A DNA stretch of 64,000 nt from Eledone cirrhosa (GCA_964016885.1 OZ024740.1:171492001-171556000); one strand, 5' to 3'; numbered from the stretch's first letter, positions 13,456 to 25,350 are shown. Made by a program: numbers and translations. The notes: generated from the sequence alone by a model not told the origin.

Positions 13456-13500
13456 GGCGGGATTTTTGAAATAGGGCGTTTTGAGAACAACGGTGACGTC
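13456..13500 (+). promoter_or_regulatory. Candidate CDE-CHR element plus CRE-like site in the RBM7 promoter
   Basis: GGCGG-gatt-TTTGAA (13456-13470) and TGACGTC (13494-13500), 60-100 nt upstream of the ATG in a locally CpG-richer patch. Confidence 0.45.
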
Positions 13501-13558
13501 CCCTGTCATACGCTCTTTAGGTATTTGCAGTAAAAATCTACTGCTAACATAATTCAAT

Positions 13559-13642
13559 ATGGACGCCCAAGAGAGAACATTGTATGTTGGTAATTTACCG
13601 GAGAAAATTACCGAAGAATTACTTTATGAATTATTTTTGCAA
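13559..13642 (+). CDS. RBM7: RBM7/RBM11-like RRM protein, exon 1
   Basis: MDAQERTLYVGNLPEKITEELLYELFLQ|GTaagg. Contains RNP2 (LYVGNL). Phase-0 join to 26097. Confidence 0.88.
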
Positions 13643-15553
13643 GTAAGGCTTATAAAGTTTGAACAAAACTACATAGTAGTGCCCCATGATTTTGTTTCCT
13701 CATAAAACTTTTTAATAATGCAAATGTTTAAATGAAATTTCGCAGAGATACGTTTTCTACAATATAGATTACGATTTTGTTGATGAAATTTTGAAAAGTT
13801 AAAAATAGAAAAAAAAAACCCAAACTCATTTTACATAATTAATAGTTGTAGAAATGGTATTCTGTTCTTGTAAAAATTCTAACATTATCCAATATGCATT
13901 ATTAAGGAAGTTATGATGTAATAAAGTCAGGAGGCACTAAACTTTTATTTAGCGCTATTTTAATTATTTTTCTTTTTACTAATTTTGTGTTGAATTGTTT
14001 CAGATTTAAATTTTCATTTTAACTTGTTTTTTATTCTTAAAACTAGGTTATGAAGGCGATCTTAAACTTAAAACTTCGGCGATCTATCGTTTTATGTCAG
14101 TAAATTATTTTCACTTTGTCTATAGACAGCTATAATGAAACTGAAACACTTGATTTTTCGCTGAAATCCGAATGGTTTATTTGTGATATATATAGTCTTT
14201 TTCTGTCCGTTGCTACTTATTTTCAATATTCTGTAACTAAAACAAACTCAAACTACCATCATGATTATAAAGCAAATAAAAATATAAATTATTTCAAGTA
14301 ATATAAATAGTGTATATATCCGATCTCTCCTCAAATCTTAATTAGTGCTATTAAAATGAAAGTTAAATTCTAAGTAAAATACAAACCGAAACCATGAAAT
14401 GTACTTAGTTTCTGCATATATTCTGCTATAAGATAATTCATATACATAACTTCTTTATTATTATTATTTTTGCGTTTCAATAACCAATTATAGTAGAAAA
14501 CAACACTAAGGTGTTTCATTCGTGACCAACCAATTTTTTTCTCATATATAGTTTTGTATCTTGGGACCATATGGCGTTTGATTTGCCGAGCGGGACACAT
14601 TGTTTACTAGTAGAACCGTGACCAATTTTAATTTTGCCGAATACGTGCGTTAGAAATGGCCCTTGACCTCATTATTCACATTATTAAAAGTGAAAGAAAT
14701 ATATAGTCTTGTTATTTGAGATGATTTCTAACTACATTTATAACATGGCAAATTCTGGATACTTATTTACTAATATCAAATAATTTACGGAAAATTATTT
14801 CGGAAATAACGGATAATGTTTTCCTACCGAATATGTTATGAAATCAATGGGTATTGGCGATGCCATCGTAAAGATTATTACAAAGAAATATTAATCAGGA
14901 TTTTACCTAAGGCTTTCAACTAAAACGGGAAAATGAATTGTCATTAGGCATTAACTATTTCGTTACTGTATTTCTAATGAAAGAAAGACATTGCCTGTTA
15001 TTTTAAAATAATTTTGAAAATAAAAAACCTGAAGGGATTTAGTAATATAACTTTTTCATTATGAAGCTGGTGTTTTACATAAAGTTAGAATGGGCGGTTT
15101 TTAGACAAATATAAACAACATTGTAGAACTAGAGGTGGTTTGGTATTTAGAGAGTTAAAAAATCTTCAATCATTAAGAATTGAGTTTCTAATATATATTG
15201 TTGCTTTCGTGGCAGTCATTTACTGTTACCATATTTTACATGGATTGATAGTTAGATGCGGCAGTCAGTGATAAAAGATTAACAAATCAAAGTAAAAGAT
15301 TTCTTTTTACTGAATATTATATTCTCAGATGTCAGAAAATTGAAAACCTTTTTTAAAAAAAATCGAAGTTCAGACATTTTCTCCCAGTGGAACTCCACTC
15401 ACATGTAGACTGCACTATGCAGACTTCTTTGAGAGGACGAATGTCTCAGTCTTCGTAGCTCTGGTTTTCATCCCTGCTGTGCAGCACATGGTAACAAACC
15501 TATCAAGTGCATGTCAGAAATCACCCTCCAAACAAGTTAAGTAGTACCATCAT

Positions 15554-18441
15554 AATAATAATAATGAAATCATTGTGCACAGTGCTCAGGTGCACTACAA
15601 CTCATCAAAGGTGCATGTATAGTACATAGAATAATGTACAAATGTCAGGAAAATGAACAGTGTATGAGTCATGATATAATAACAATAACAATAATGAAAT
15701 ATTGCGTACAGTGCCCAGGTGCACCACAACTCATCAGAAAAGTGCATGTACAGTACATAGGGCAATGCACAAACATCAGTAAAATGAACAGTGCACGAGT
15801 CATGATACACACGTGTGCATGTGTATGGAAGGGGTACATCAGGTGTAGTTTTGGCGTATTTCGGGAAGCATGAGTGTCTTAAAGGATGCAGTGTCTCGGC
15901 AGCTAACAATTGACGCAGGCATTTTGTTCCAAGCTTCAGCAACTCTGAGCGTGAAAAAATGTCTGCGAGAGTCATGGGAGCTGTGCTGTTTTCTTATCTT
16001 GTAGGCATGTCCACGTGTGTTAGACACATGGAGATCAAAGAGGCGCTCAGGGTTGCAGTTAGCGAGATGGTTAAAAACTTTGTGGGTATTCACCAAGTCC
16101 ATTGCCAGACGTCGGAGCTTCAATCAATCCATGCCCAGGGAAGCAAGGCGTTCAGAGTATGGTAGGTGTCTGATGGAGGGTATGCGCTTGGTTGCACGTC
16201 TCTGAACAGTTTCCAGGAGGTCAATGTTCCGAGCAAGATAGGGGTTCCAGACTTATGATGCGAATTCCAAGTGTGGTCGCACCATAGCTGTATACAGTTT
16301 TAAATAGATGGCTGGAGAGCGGCTAACAAAGGTCTTGCTGAGTGATGCCAAGACACCCTCGGCCTTCTTGACAATCTTAGAGACATGCTTTGTCCAACGC
16401 AAATCGTTGCTGACAGTAATGCCCAGGTCACGTTCACAAGAGGACTTTTTGATGTCAGTGTTGTGGAGGGAGTATGTGGACGCTGGATTTTTCCTTCCAA
16501 AATGCATGGTGGTACACTTTTCCACAGCCAGCTTCAGTTGCCAGTCTGTGATCCATTGCTGCATTGTATCCAGGTCTGACTGTAGGAAAGAGTTTTAAAT
16601 TTCAGGATCAGTCCTTTTGATTTCAAGGTACAGCTTGATGTCATCTGCATATTTTAGTACCGTGGCATTCTGTAAGTTGGCATCTATGTCATTAATATAT
16701 GTCACAAACAAAAGAGGACCAAGAACAGATCCCTGTGGTACACCAGATGACATCTCATATGGTGAAGAATGCTGTCCTAGAACCGTGACTACTTCCTTTT
16801 GGCTGAGAATGAAGGATTTCAGCCAGTCGAAAAGATCATCCCTCATACCCATTGCAGAGAGTTTTGCCATAAGTCTTTTGTGTGGCACAGAATTAAAAGC
16901 CTTAGCAAAGTCAAGGTAAACAACATCCACCCATGAGCCGCTGTCAGTGATCCGGGTGATGTCCTCAAGGAACTCGATAAGCTGATCACAGCAGCTGGAG
17001 TTAGGGATAAATCCAAACTGTGATGGCCGGATGAGGCTGTGAGAGCTCCAGAAGTTCCAAAGTGTTTCTCTGACACAGGATTCCATCAGTTTTGCCATAC
17101 AGCTAGTAAGACTGACTGGACGATAGTTGACAGGGGAATGACACTGGCAGTTTTCCACTGCTCCGGAGTAGCACCATTGCTGAGACAGTATTGAAAGAAG
17201 AAAGAAAGCTGGCGCAAAAGGAAATCCCTGCCACGTTTGAGAAGCAGGTATGTCACACCATCAAGACCAGGGGAGGCATAGTTGCGCTTATTCTTAAGGT
17301 GACGTCGCAACATTGCAGGTGTAAATTCCATAGTTGTTATGGAATTTGATGTTAGAGATGGTGGAGATGGTACATTCTGGTTTTCAACCGTAAAAATACT
17401 TGCATAGCACTCAGCAATGAGTTCTGCGCATTCCTTGGGATCGTCAGTGATCTGGCTTTTGTGGGGATTGCGAAGAGGACCAACTGGAGAGTGAGGTCTC
17501 TGCTTTGAATGAACATATTTCCAGAACACCTTACTGTCAGGATTGGTTGCGATGCACTGTTCAAATTCAAGCACTGCCTTCTTTGTCACTTGCTTGAGAT
17601 GGTTAGAAGATTTATTCCGCTTTTTTCTGTTGGCATCTGATCTATGCAGTTTATATTCCCGTTCAGCGTTCCGACGTTCTTTCCTGGCAAGTCGGACCGC
17701 TGAAGTTTTCCAGTTTGCACTTTTGGGGTGGTTATTTTTCCGCTTCCATGGCACTGATGCTGCACACGCTATCCATATTGAGTCCAGGATGCTTTGGAGT
17801 ATAGAGTTCACATCTCCAGAGTTATACATCTCATGCCAGTTTGGGCGCTGTAGCTCAGTGCAGTACAAGTTCCAATCCGCCCTCTTCCAATCAAAGCAAG
17901 CAGATTGGAGATGGCTCTGGTTTTTGTTGCTGCCCTCAAGTGCCAGATTGGCAATGATCATAGCATGATCAGAGTCGCCTAGAGGTTCCTCAGTAGTACA
18001 ACTGATAACCACTTCAGGAGTAGTGGTGAAGATCAGGTCCAAAGTGTTGTCACCTCTTGTTGGAGACGTGACTACTTGTGACCAGTTTGAGTCCAGCACT
18101 AGTTCAAGGAAATCGTTTGCACCCTGTGGCCAACGAAAGGTTTCCCAATCGATCTCAGGATGATTGAAGTCACCTGCAATAAACACATAAGTGGCTGTTT
18201 TCTTGGCAGCAACTCTGAGGATATCGCAAAGCTGTGTGTCCTGATGGTAGTTTGGGGGTCGATAAACAACACCAAGCAGAAGTGTTGACATGGTCATACG
18301 TATGTCACAGAAAAAAACTTCTTCCTGTGATTCGTTCAAATCAACGCAAGGAATTACCGAAAAGTTTGAATGAACGTAGACCATCACACCACCACCACGG
18401 CGGTTAATGCGGTCCTTGCGGAAAAGGTTGTACCCAGTAAT
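15554..18441 (-). mobile_element. CR1-clade LINE, 5'-truncated (ORF2 EN-RT plus 3'UTR)
   Basis: GDFNHP, SDH, NYRPVSLTS, YLDFAKAF, GVPQGSVLGPLLF, YADD, VRPHLEFAS and FFTLRV..WN motifs with an (ATT)n tail. Near identical to 38918-41836. Carries a 28-bp deletion and stop codons. Confidence 0.95.
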
Positions 18442-20890
18442 CATCATCATCATCACCGTTTTACGTCCGTTCTTCCACGCTAGCATGGGTTAGACGGGTT
18501 GTCCTGTTGTGGGCAGTGTCTGGTCGGCTGACCATGCCTTGCTCATACAGGAACTGATCTGGCTTGATTTCTACAGCTGGATGCCCTTCCTAACACCAAC
18601 CTCATTTACAGTGAGTGCTGGGTGCTTTTTTGTGGCGCCTACACGTCCACTTTACATTGTGGGCTGGGTGCTTTTTTGCCGTGGCACCTCCACGACCACC
18701 TTGCGGTGGAGGCATATTGTCTATATGCTTCAGCTTGTACCCATGGGAGGTCGGGTACCCCATTACTGCGTGACGCCAGAAGTCACGGTCGTGTGTCATT
18801 GTCTTTGAGAGGTGTAATTAGGTACGGTCGGCTTTTATCACCTCATCCCAGGTCATCTTGGGTCTCCCCACTCCGCGGTTTCCATCAACTTTTAGTGCTC
18901 TGCACCTTTTTATGCAGCTGTCATCCTTCATACGCATCACATGTCCATACCAGCGCAACCGCCTCTCCTGTACACAGCATTTGATTCCTCTTATGCTCAG
19001 TCTCTCTCTCAATTCATTTATGCTTTGTCGTTCACGTATATTACTGTTACACATCCATCGGAGCATGCAGGCTTCGTTTCTCTCTAATCTACGTAAGTCT
19101 TCCACAGACAGCGTCCAGGTCTCACTACCATGCAACATCGCTGTTCGGATACACGCATCATACAGTCTGCCTTTCATTCTGAGGGAGAAGCCTTTTGCAG
19201 CTAGCAGTGGTAGTAGTTCCCTAAACTTCTTCCATCCCGTTCTTACCCTAGTTATTGTACTTTCTGAACACCCACCTCCATTGCTAATTCGGTCACCTAG
19301 GTAGCAGAAGCTGTCTACTGTTTCTACAGGGCCCTCCCAGAGATTGGTGGTACTTGTTTCCTGTGGCTGTTTGCTGCTTGCTGTCTCAGCACAGCTGCTG
19401 CATGTGAATCCTACATTCTTAATTAAGCTTCCTGAGATCCCGCTACATCTCTTGTGTACCCATTGTTTGCATTTGGGGCAGAGAATGGAGTTCCTACCTA
19501 CACCTTTCCTACATACTGAGCAAGGCCATTTCCCTGAGGGGATCTGGGTTCTGTTTTCTCGTCTACTTACAAGGACCTTAGTCTTTGTCATGTTGACTTT
19601 GAGACCCTTTCTTTCTAGTCCCTGCTTCCAAGTTTGGAATTTATTCTCTAGTTCTACCCTAGATTCAGCTATGAGTGCGAGGTCATCAGCATACAGGAGT
19701 TCCCATGGGCATCCAGTCTTAAACTCCTCCGTTATTGCCTGCAGGACTATGATGAACAGGAGAGGGCTAAGAACAGAGCTCTGGTGGACCCCAACCTGTA
19801 CGCTAAATTCCTTGCTATACTCATTGCTAATCCTAACTTTGCTGACTGCTCCCCTATACATGGCTTGTACCGCTTTCACAAGCCATTCATCTACTCCTAG
19901 TTTTCTAAGAGCCCACCAGATTACAGCACGTGGAACTCTGTCAAAGGCTTTCTCAAGGTCGACAAATGCCAAGTAGAGTGGCTTACTTTTAGCTAGGTAC
20001 TTTTCCTGTAATTGCCTCACAAGGAAGAGGGCATCGGTGGTGCCTCTTCCTGGTACAAACCCAAATTGCATCTCGTCTATTTTCACCCGGTCCCTAATCA
20101 GCTGTGCTATAACTCTTTCTGTTACTTTCATGACCTGGTCCATCAACTTTATACCTCTATAGTTTCCTCTATCTAGTGCATCGCCTTTACCTTTGTAGCA
20201 GTTGACAATGATGCTACTGCACCAATCTTTTGGTATGGCACCTTCTAGTATTACCTGGTTAAGGATACGTGTGGTCATAGTGTGACCTACAGACCCAGAT
20301 GCCCTCAGCATCTCGGCAGCTATACCCGATGGACCGGTTGCCTTCCCCATCTTCATATCTTTGATTGCCTTACTTACTACGCTGCTGCTGACTTGTACTG
20401 CTGGTCCCTCTATAGGGTCTACTTGGGGTAGGGCCTCTTCTTCCCATGCATTCTCCTCAATTAGTAATCTATCATAATGACTCTTCCATGCATCTTTCTT
20501 CTCAGCACTTGTGAGGGCAAGCTCACCTTTATCATTCCGGATACACTTCTCTCCAATGACATCACAACTATCTCTGACACACTGCCTCGCAATCTTGAAT
20601 ACCTCCTGTTTCTGGCCTTCATGTTGTAAAACATGCTTGAATTTTCTATCCTCTGCTTCCCTCCTAGCTAAGTATACTTGTCGCCTAGCTTCCCTCTTGG
20701 TCTCTATGTAATGTACCCTGCTCCCCCCGTTCTTCCATTCTTTCCATGCCTGTCTCTTGGCCTTAACTGCTTCATCTACCTTATTGTTCCACCACCAAGT
20801 CACTCTCCTCCTGCTTGAGGTCTTACTCCAGCCACAGACCTCATCCGTCGCCTCTAGTAAATTATTTTTTAGGAACTCCCAGTTCTCTAC
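18442..20890 (-). mobile_element. RTE-clade LINE, young and 5'-truncated (uninterrupted RT plus embedded zinc finger)
   Basis: 661-aa ORF 18818..20803 with RT motifs and YADD. The 3'UTR has hairpin repeats and a (GAT)n tail. The endonuclease is missing. Confidence 0.96.
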
Positions 20891-20899
20891 TGTAAATTT

Positions 20900-22260
20900 C
20901 AGCCGCCAGTCCTGATATCACTTCCAACCTGGCTACGAACAGCTCAGGTGACAGTGTGCACCCTTGGCAGTGGCCGACACCCACATTGAATGGTTTTGAC
21001 TTAGTTATACTTATCCAAACTCAAATACTAGGACATTTGTATAGAGGCTTCAAGGCAACAAGTAGCTGTCCATTGAATCTTCCACAACAGGTCCCATGGA
21101 ACACAGTTGCATGACTTTTCGAGATCTACGAAACAAGGCACAGAATACTTTCTATTTAAGGCTTTTAACATTTTGGGCTGAATTTCATCCTCCCCAGAGG
21201 CCTTGCCACATTTGAACTCTTTAATTGCTCTGGTGACCTCAGACTCTGAGAAGTTAGTCCCCATGTTTTAGCTTGGGATATTTTTACTGTCCCAGCCACA
21301 ACTTTTTGCACCTGCAAGTGCAAGGAGGAGGACAGATTTTCAAGTCAAGCTTTGTAAGCTTTCTCCTTGGTTCAGATGGCATCTTTAACCTCCTGATTGA
21401 AGCAAGGTATCCTCCTGCTGAGCTGAATAGTCTCCATTCTGTTTCAACGTCTTCAGTTTGCTCAGTGTGTTCTGAATTTGTATGCAATAATATCCTCATA
21501 TCTTGTCCTGACCTTCTTATCAGCCAATGTTTACCACCTTCTCCTGTAAGTCAAGCTGGACCTACAAATTTTGTAGGTCTTGACTTTAGGTAGTTACAAG
21601 TTGCAGATAACTAGATGTTGACAGCTCAGGCCCTGTCTTAATACGGACACCCAGCGCAGAATCAAAGAGATCAGAGACAATAACAAAATCATTTACTGAT
21701 CCCTGGCCCTGATTTCATGCATACCAAGTGTATTTACAGATGTCTTCATGGTGGAAGGTGTTCATAATGGAAAGCCCATTACTAGAACAGAAGTCTAATA
21801 AAGCCTCCATTTCATTTAGATTGGAAATACTATTCTTTCCAATCACTCTTTTTCATGTCTGGTGGTCAGTGCCAATATATGCATTGAATTCTCCCATTAG
21901 GATATATGACTCAGTCATAACTACAACGAATGCTGTCGTGACTACATCAAGGAAAGATCTGTATTCGGGCTCTTTGGTGCATAAACCTGCACCATCCACA
22001 AAGGCTAAGCTTCAAGAATCATCCATCTAAATCGACAATACCAGAGCCATGGAACTTTGTTGAGGAAACCCCAACTACATCTAGCCGATAGTATCTGGCC
22101 CCCTCTACTAGTTCCTGCTCCTTACCTGTAAGGGTTCTAATGTTCCAGTTGGCTATTTGCATCCCACATCTGCCAGAACAAGTCGCAAGCTCATCACCAG
22201 TTCTCACATTGTTTGATGGAGACTACAATATATTTTTTCAACAGGCCCCTTGTTACCCTG
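20900..22260 (-). mobile_element. Decayed RTE LINE of a second family (Rex3/Expander-like), EN and partial RT
   Basis: IANWNIRTLTGKEQELVE..YRLDVVGVSSTK, EVTRAIKEFKCGKASGEDEIQPKMLKAL and CFVDLEK. Confidence 0.78.
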
Positions 22261-22961
22261 CATGAAGGACGATGTTATATGAATGCTTTTATTGCAGTTT
22301 TTGGTGGTCTTATTTGCACCAGTCCCAATTTGGTACTTTTCTTAGACCCGTGAAGGATAATATCTATCTCTCCTTCAAATTACTCTGACTACAAAATTAA
22401 GAAAGTACATATTGGATAATGTAGTCAGAAATACTGAAAAAAAAAGCGTTTTCCGGCCATATTATTTCCTAAAGCATGGGTTAAACTTGCAGGGCCCCAT
22501 GACAAGCTTCTCTAGTTGCTGTATCATTTGCATACCCCCGCACCAAAAACTTTGGCTTTCATTTCCTCCTCCAACACTTTAGTCCAGTCTTTCTTCGTCT
22601 TCTTCTTCCTCTACTTCTTTCCACATTAATTTCCGTCACTCATCAACGCATGACCCAACCATCACAATACTCATTACTGGCTCTATATCTATCATCTGCA
22701 ATTCATTGGTTATCTACTTCTCTCTGAGCAATATTCCACTGAAGCATTCTCATTTTCGTTCTTTCCAGTCTTTTTGCTGCTCCACTGTTCAGTTCCTAAA
22801 ATGTCCACTCTTTCTACCATCACCATGCCCAATCCTCTTTCTCCAAAACAGTTAGATATTATGCTTATCAAATTTTAGTTTACCTCTGGACACTTACATG
22901 CTAGGAGAAAATTCTAAATTAGTATAAAAAAAATGGAGATATATTTTTATGGCATTATTTT

Positions 22962-24078
22962 TGGCAGTATCGGTAGAGGGTCGGACGCCATGCTTTCCAG
23001 CATAGTTACGTCCCTTTACGATCTGAGTTCAAATCCCGCCGAGGTTGACTTTGCCTTTCATCCTTACGGGGTCGATAAAATAAAGTACCAGTAATGAACT
23101 GGGTAATTGCTGGCCTTGTGCCTAAAGTAGAAACAATTTAAAAAAAAAAGATTTTCTCTAACCCTTATGGAAATCAAAAAATTGACACATACCTCCCTAA
23201 ACCAAGTAATTGTTTCTACTTTTGGCACAAGGCCAGCAATTATCCCAGTGTATTACTGGTACTTTGTTTTATCGACCCCGTAAGGATGAAAGGTAAAGTT
23301 AACCTCGACGGGATTTGAACTCAGTCCGTAAAGGGACGTAACTGCTGCAAAGCATGGCGTCCGATACTGCCAATCCACCTCCCTAAACCAAATAATTGTT
23401 TCTACGTTAGGCACAAGGCCAGCAATTACCCAGTGCATTACTGGTATTTTATTTTATCGACCTCGTAAGGATGAAAGGCAAAGTTAACCTTGGCGGGATT
23501 TGAACTCAGAATGGCAAGGGCCGTAACTCTATACGTCAAAGCATGGCGTCCGACCCTCTACCAATGCTGCCAATAAACCAAATAATTGTTTCTACTTTAG
23601 GCACAAGGGCAGCAATTACCCAGTGCATTACTGGTACTTTATTTTATCGACCCCGTAAGGATGAAAGGCAAAGTCAACCTCGGCGGGATTTGAACTCAGA
23701 TCATAAAGGGACGTAACTATGCTGGAAAGCATGGCGTCTGACCCTCTACCGATACTGCCAATCCACCTCCCTAAACCAAATAATTGTTTCTACGTTAGGC
23801 ACAAGGCCAGCAAATAACCAGTGCATTACTGGTATTTTATTTTATCGACCTCGTAAGGATGAAAGGCAAAGTTAACCTCGGCGAGATTTGAACTCAGAAT
23901 GGCAAGGGCCGTAACTCTATACATCAAAGCATGTCGTTCGACCCTCTACCAATACTGCCAATAAACCAAATAATTGTTTCTACTTTAGGCACAAGGCCAG
24001 CAAATACCCAGTGCATTACTGGTACTTTATTTTATCGACCCCGTAAGGATGAAAGGCAAAGTCAACCTCGGCGGGATC
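22962..24078. mobile_element. Cluster of six tRNA-derived MetaSINE-type elements (one on +, five head-to-tail on -)
   Basis: A-box tggcagtatcggtag, B-box gagttcaaatcc, core gcctttcatccttacggggtcgataaaataaagtaccag. Units are about 190-198 bp. Confidence 0.92.
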
Positions 24079-24337
24079 CAAATAATGATAGTTGATCGTT
24101 TTTAAACATGACCATGCCAAAATTGCTCTAAGTTTATAAATCCAAGAAGATTCTAAACTGAGTTTTCTAAAGGATTTTACGAAAACTTTTATTATATTTA
24201 CAGATGATTAAATAAAATATACAATTTAATAATAGTGTTAGCAAAAACATGAAAAAAATATTTCAAATTATAGTGCTTGAAACAGTTAATACAGAGATTT
24301 ACTTTGCTACCTAAATACAAAGTAAAACCTACTACAG

Positions 24338-24808
24338 TCAGTAGGCATCTCTAACAAAATACACCCCCACCCCATCCACACCTGCCCCTTTCAATGTAAA
24401 GTTATGTTGGTGCCACAAAATCCAGGCCGAAACAAATGAGATCGTGTAGGTGTCACGAAAAAAAAAAAAACACACAGTCCACGCTGTAAATGTTACCGTA
24501 TAGGCAACACGGTAAAAACGTCCCAGTCCCACACTGTAAATGTGGTTGGTGTTAGGAAGGGCATCCAGCTGTAGAAAACCCGCCAGACAGTCCACGCTGT
24601 AATGTGGCCGTGTAGGCAACACGGTAAAAACCTCCCAGCCCCACACTGTAAATGTGGTTGGTGTTAGGAAGGGCATCCAACTGTAGAAAACCCGCCAGAC
24701 AGTCCTATGCGAGCAAGACAACCACTCTTGCCTCAAGTGGGAAAACTCCCGTCCAAACCCATGCAAGCATGGAACACGGACGTTAAACGATGATGATGAT
24801 GATGATGA
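24338..24808 (+). mobile_element. Solo RTE 3'UTR with internal tandem duplication
   Basis: A module of about 112 bp is repeated (24476-24587 and 24588-24700). Ends in a (GAT)7 tail. Confidence 0.85.
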
Positions 24809-24809
24809 T

Positions 24810-25350
24810 TGCTCACAGCCTGTTCACTTCTAATATTTTGTTTAGAACACTGTTTGCAAGTTCTGTCTTTGTCTAAATCTACAGGCCAGTACATAGCATC
24901 CTGAATCTGGGGAATTTCTTCCAGGGGCATTTTCCTTTATAAGAATAGTTCCCCAATAAGTTGATGGGCCAGGCTTATTCTGAAACTCAACTGGGTACAT
25001 TATTTTTTCCTTGCTTTGTCTAGGCAGGAGTTTATGGTCTGCACGTCCACTCCATTCATGTGCTACATAAAATATTTTACTTCCTTTAGTCATGGCACAA
25101 TGCAGTGTTCCCCAGTCTTTTGTTTTCGATAGACCCTTGTTAAATCATTGGGACTGGAATTTGTAGTCAGCAGTGTCACAGTCCTCTTATCATGCCAGGC
25201 TGTTGCCACCAAGTTCCCTTTTTACCTCTGTATTGTATCACCTTTATTCAATTTTGCTGCATTAACAGCTTTTGGCATGTCTTTCTTATTTTGTCTTATA
25301 GTGCTACAAGCAGAGGTCCCATTTTAAAAGTTCTTGAAAGAGTTTGACAG
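24810..25350 (-). pseudogene. piggyBac-like transposase remnant
   Basis: Manual translation gives LFQELL..GTSACSTIRQNKKDMPK..KLNKGDTIQR*KGNLVATAWHDKRTVTLLTT and a Cys-rich end YWPV..DRTCKQCSKQNIRSE. Confidence 0.7.

Noticed and set aside
22962-24078. tRNA gene cluster
   Set aside because: A and B boxes are present but there is no cloverleaf or acceptor stem. They are followed by a SINE core and tail.
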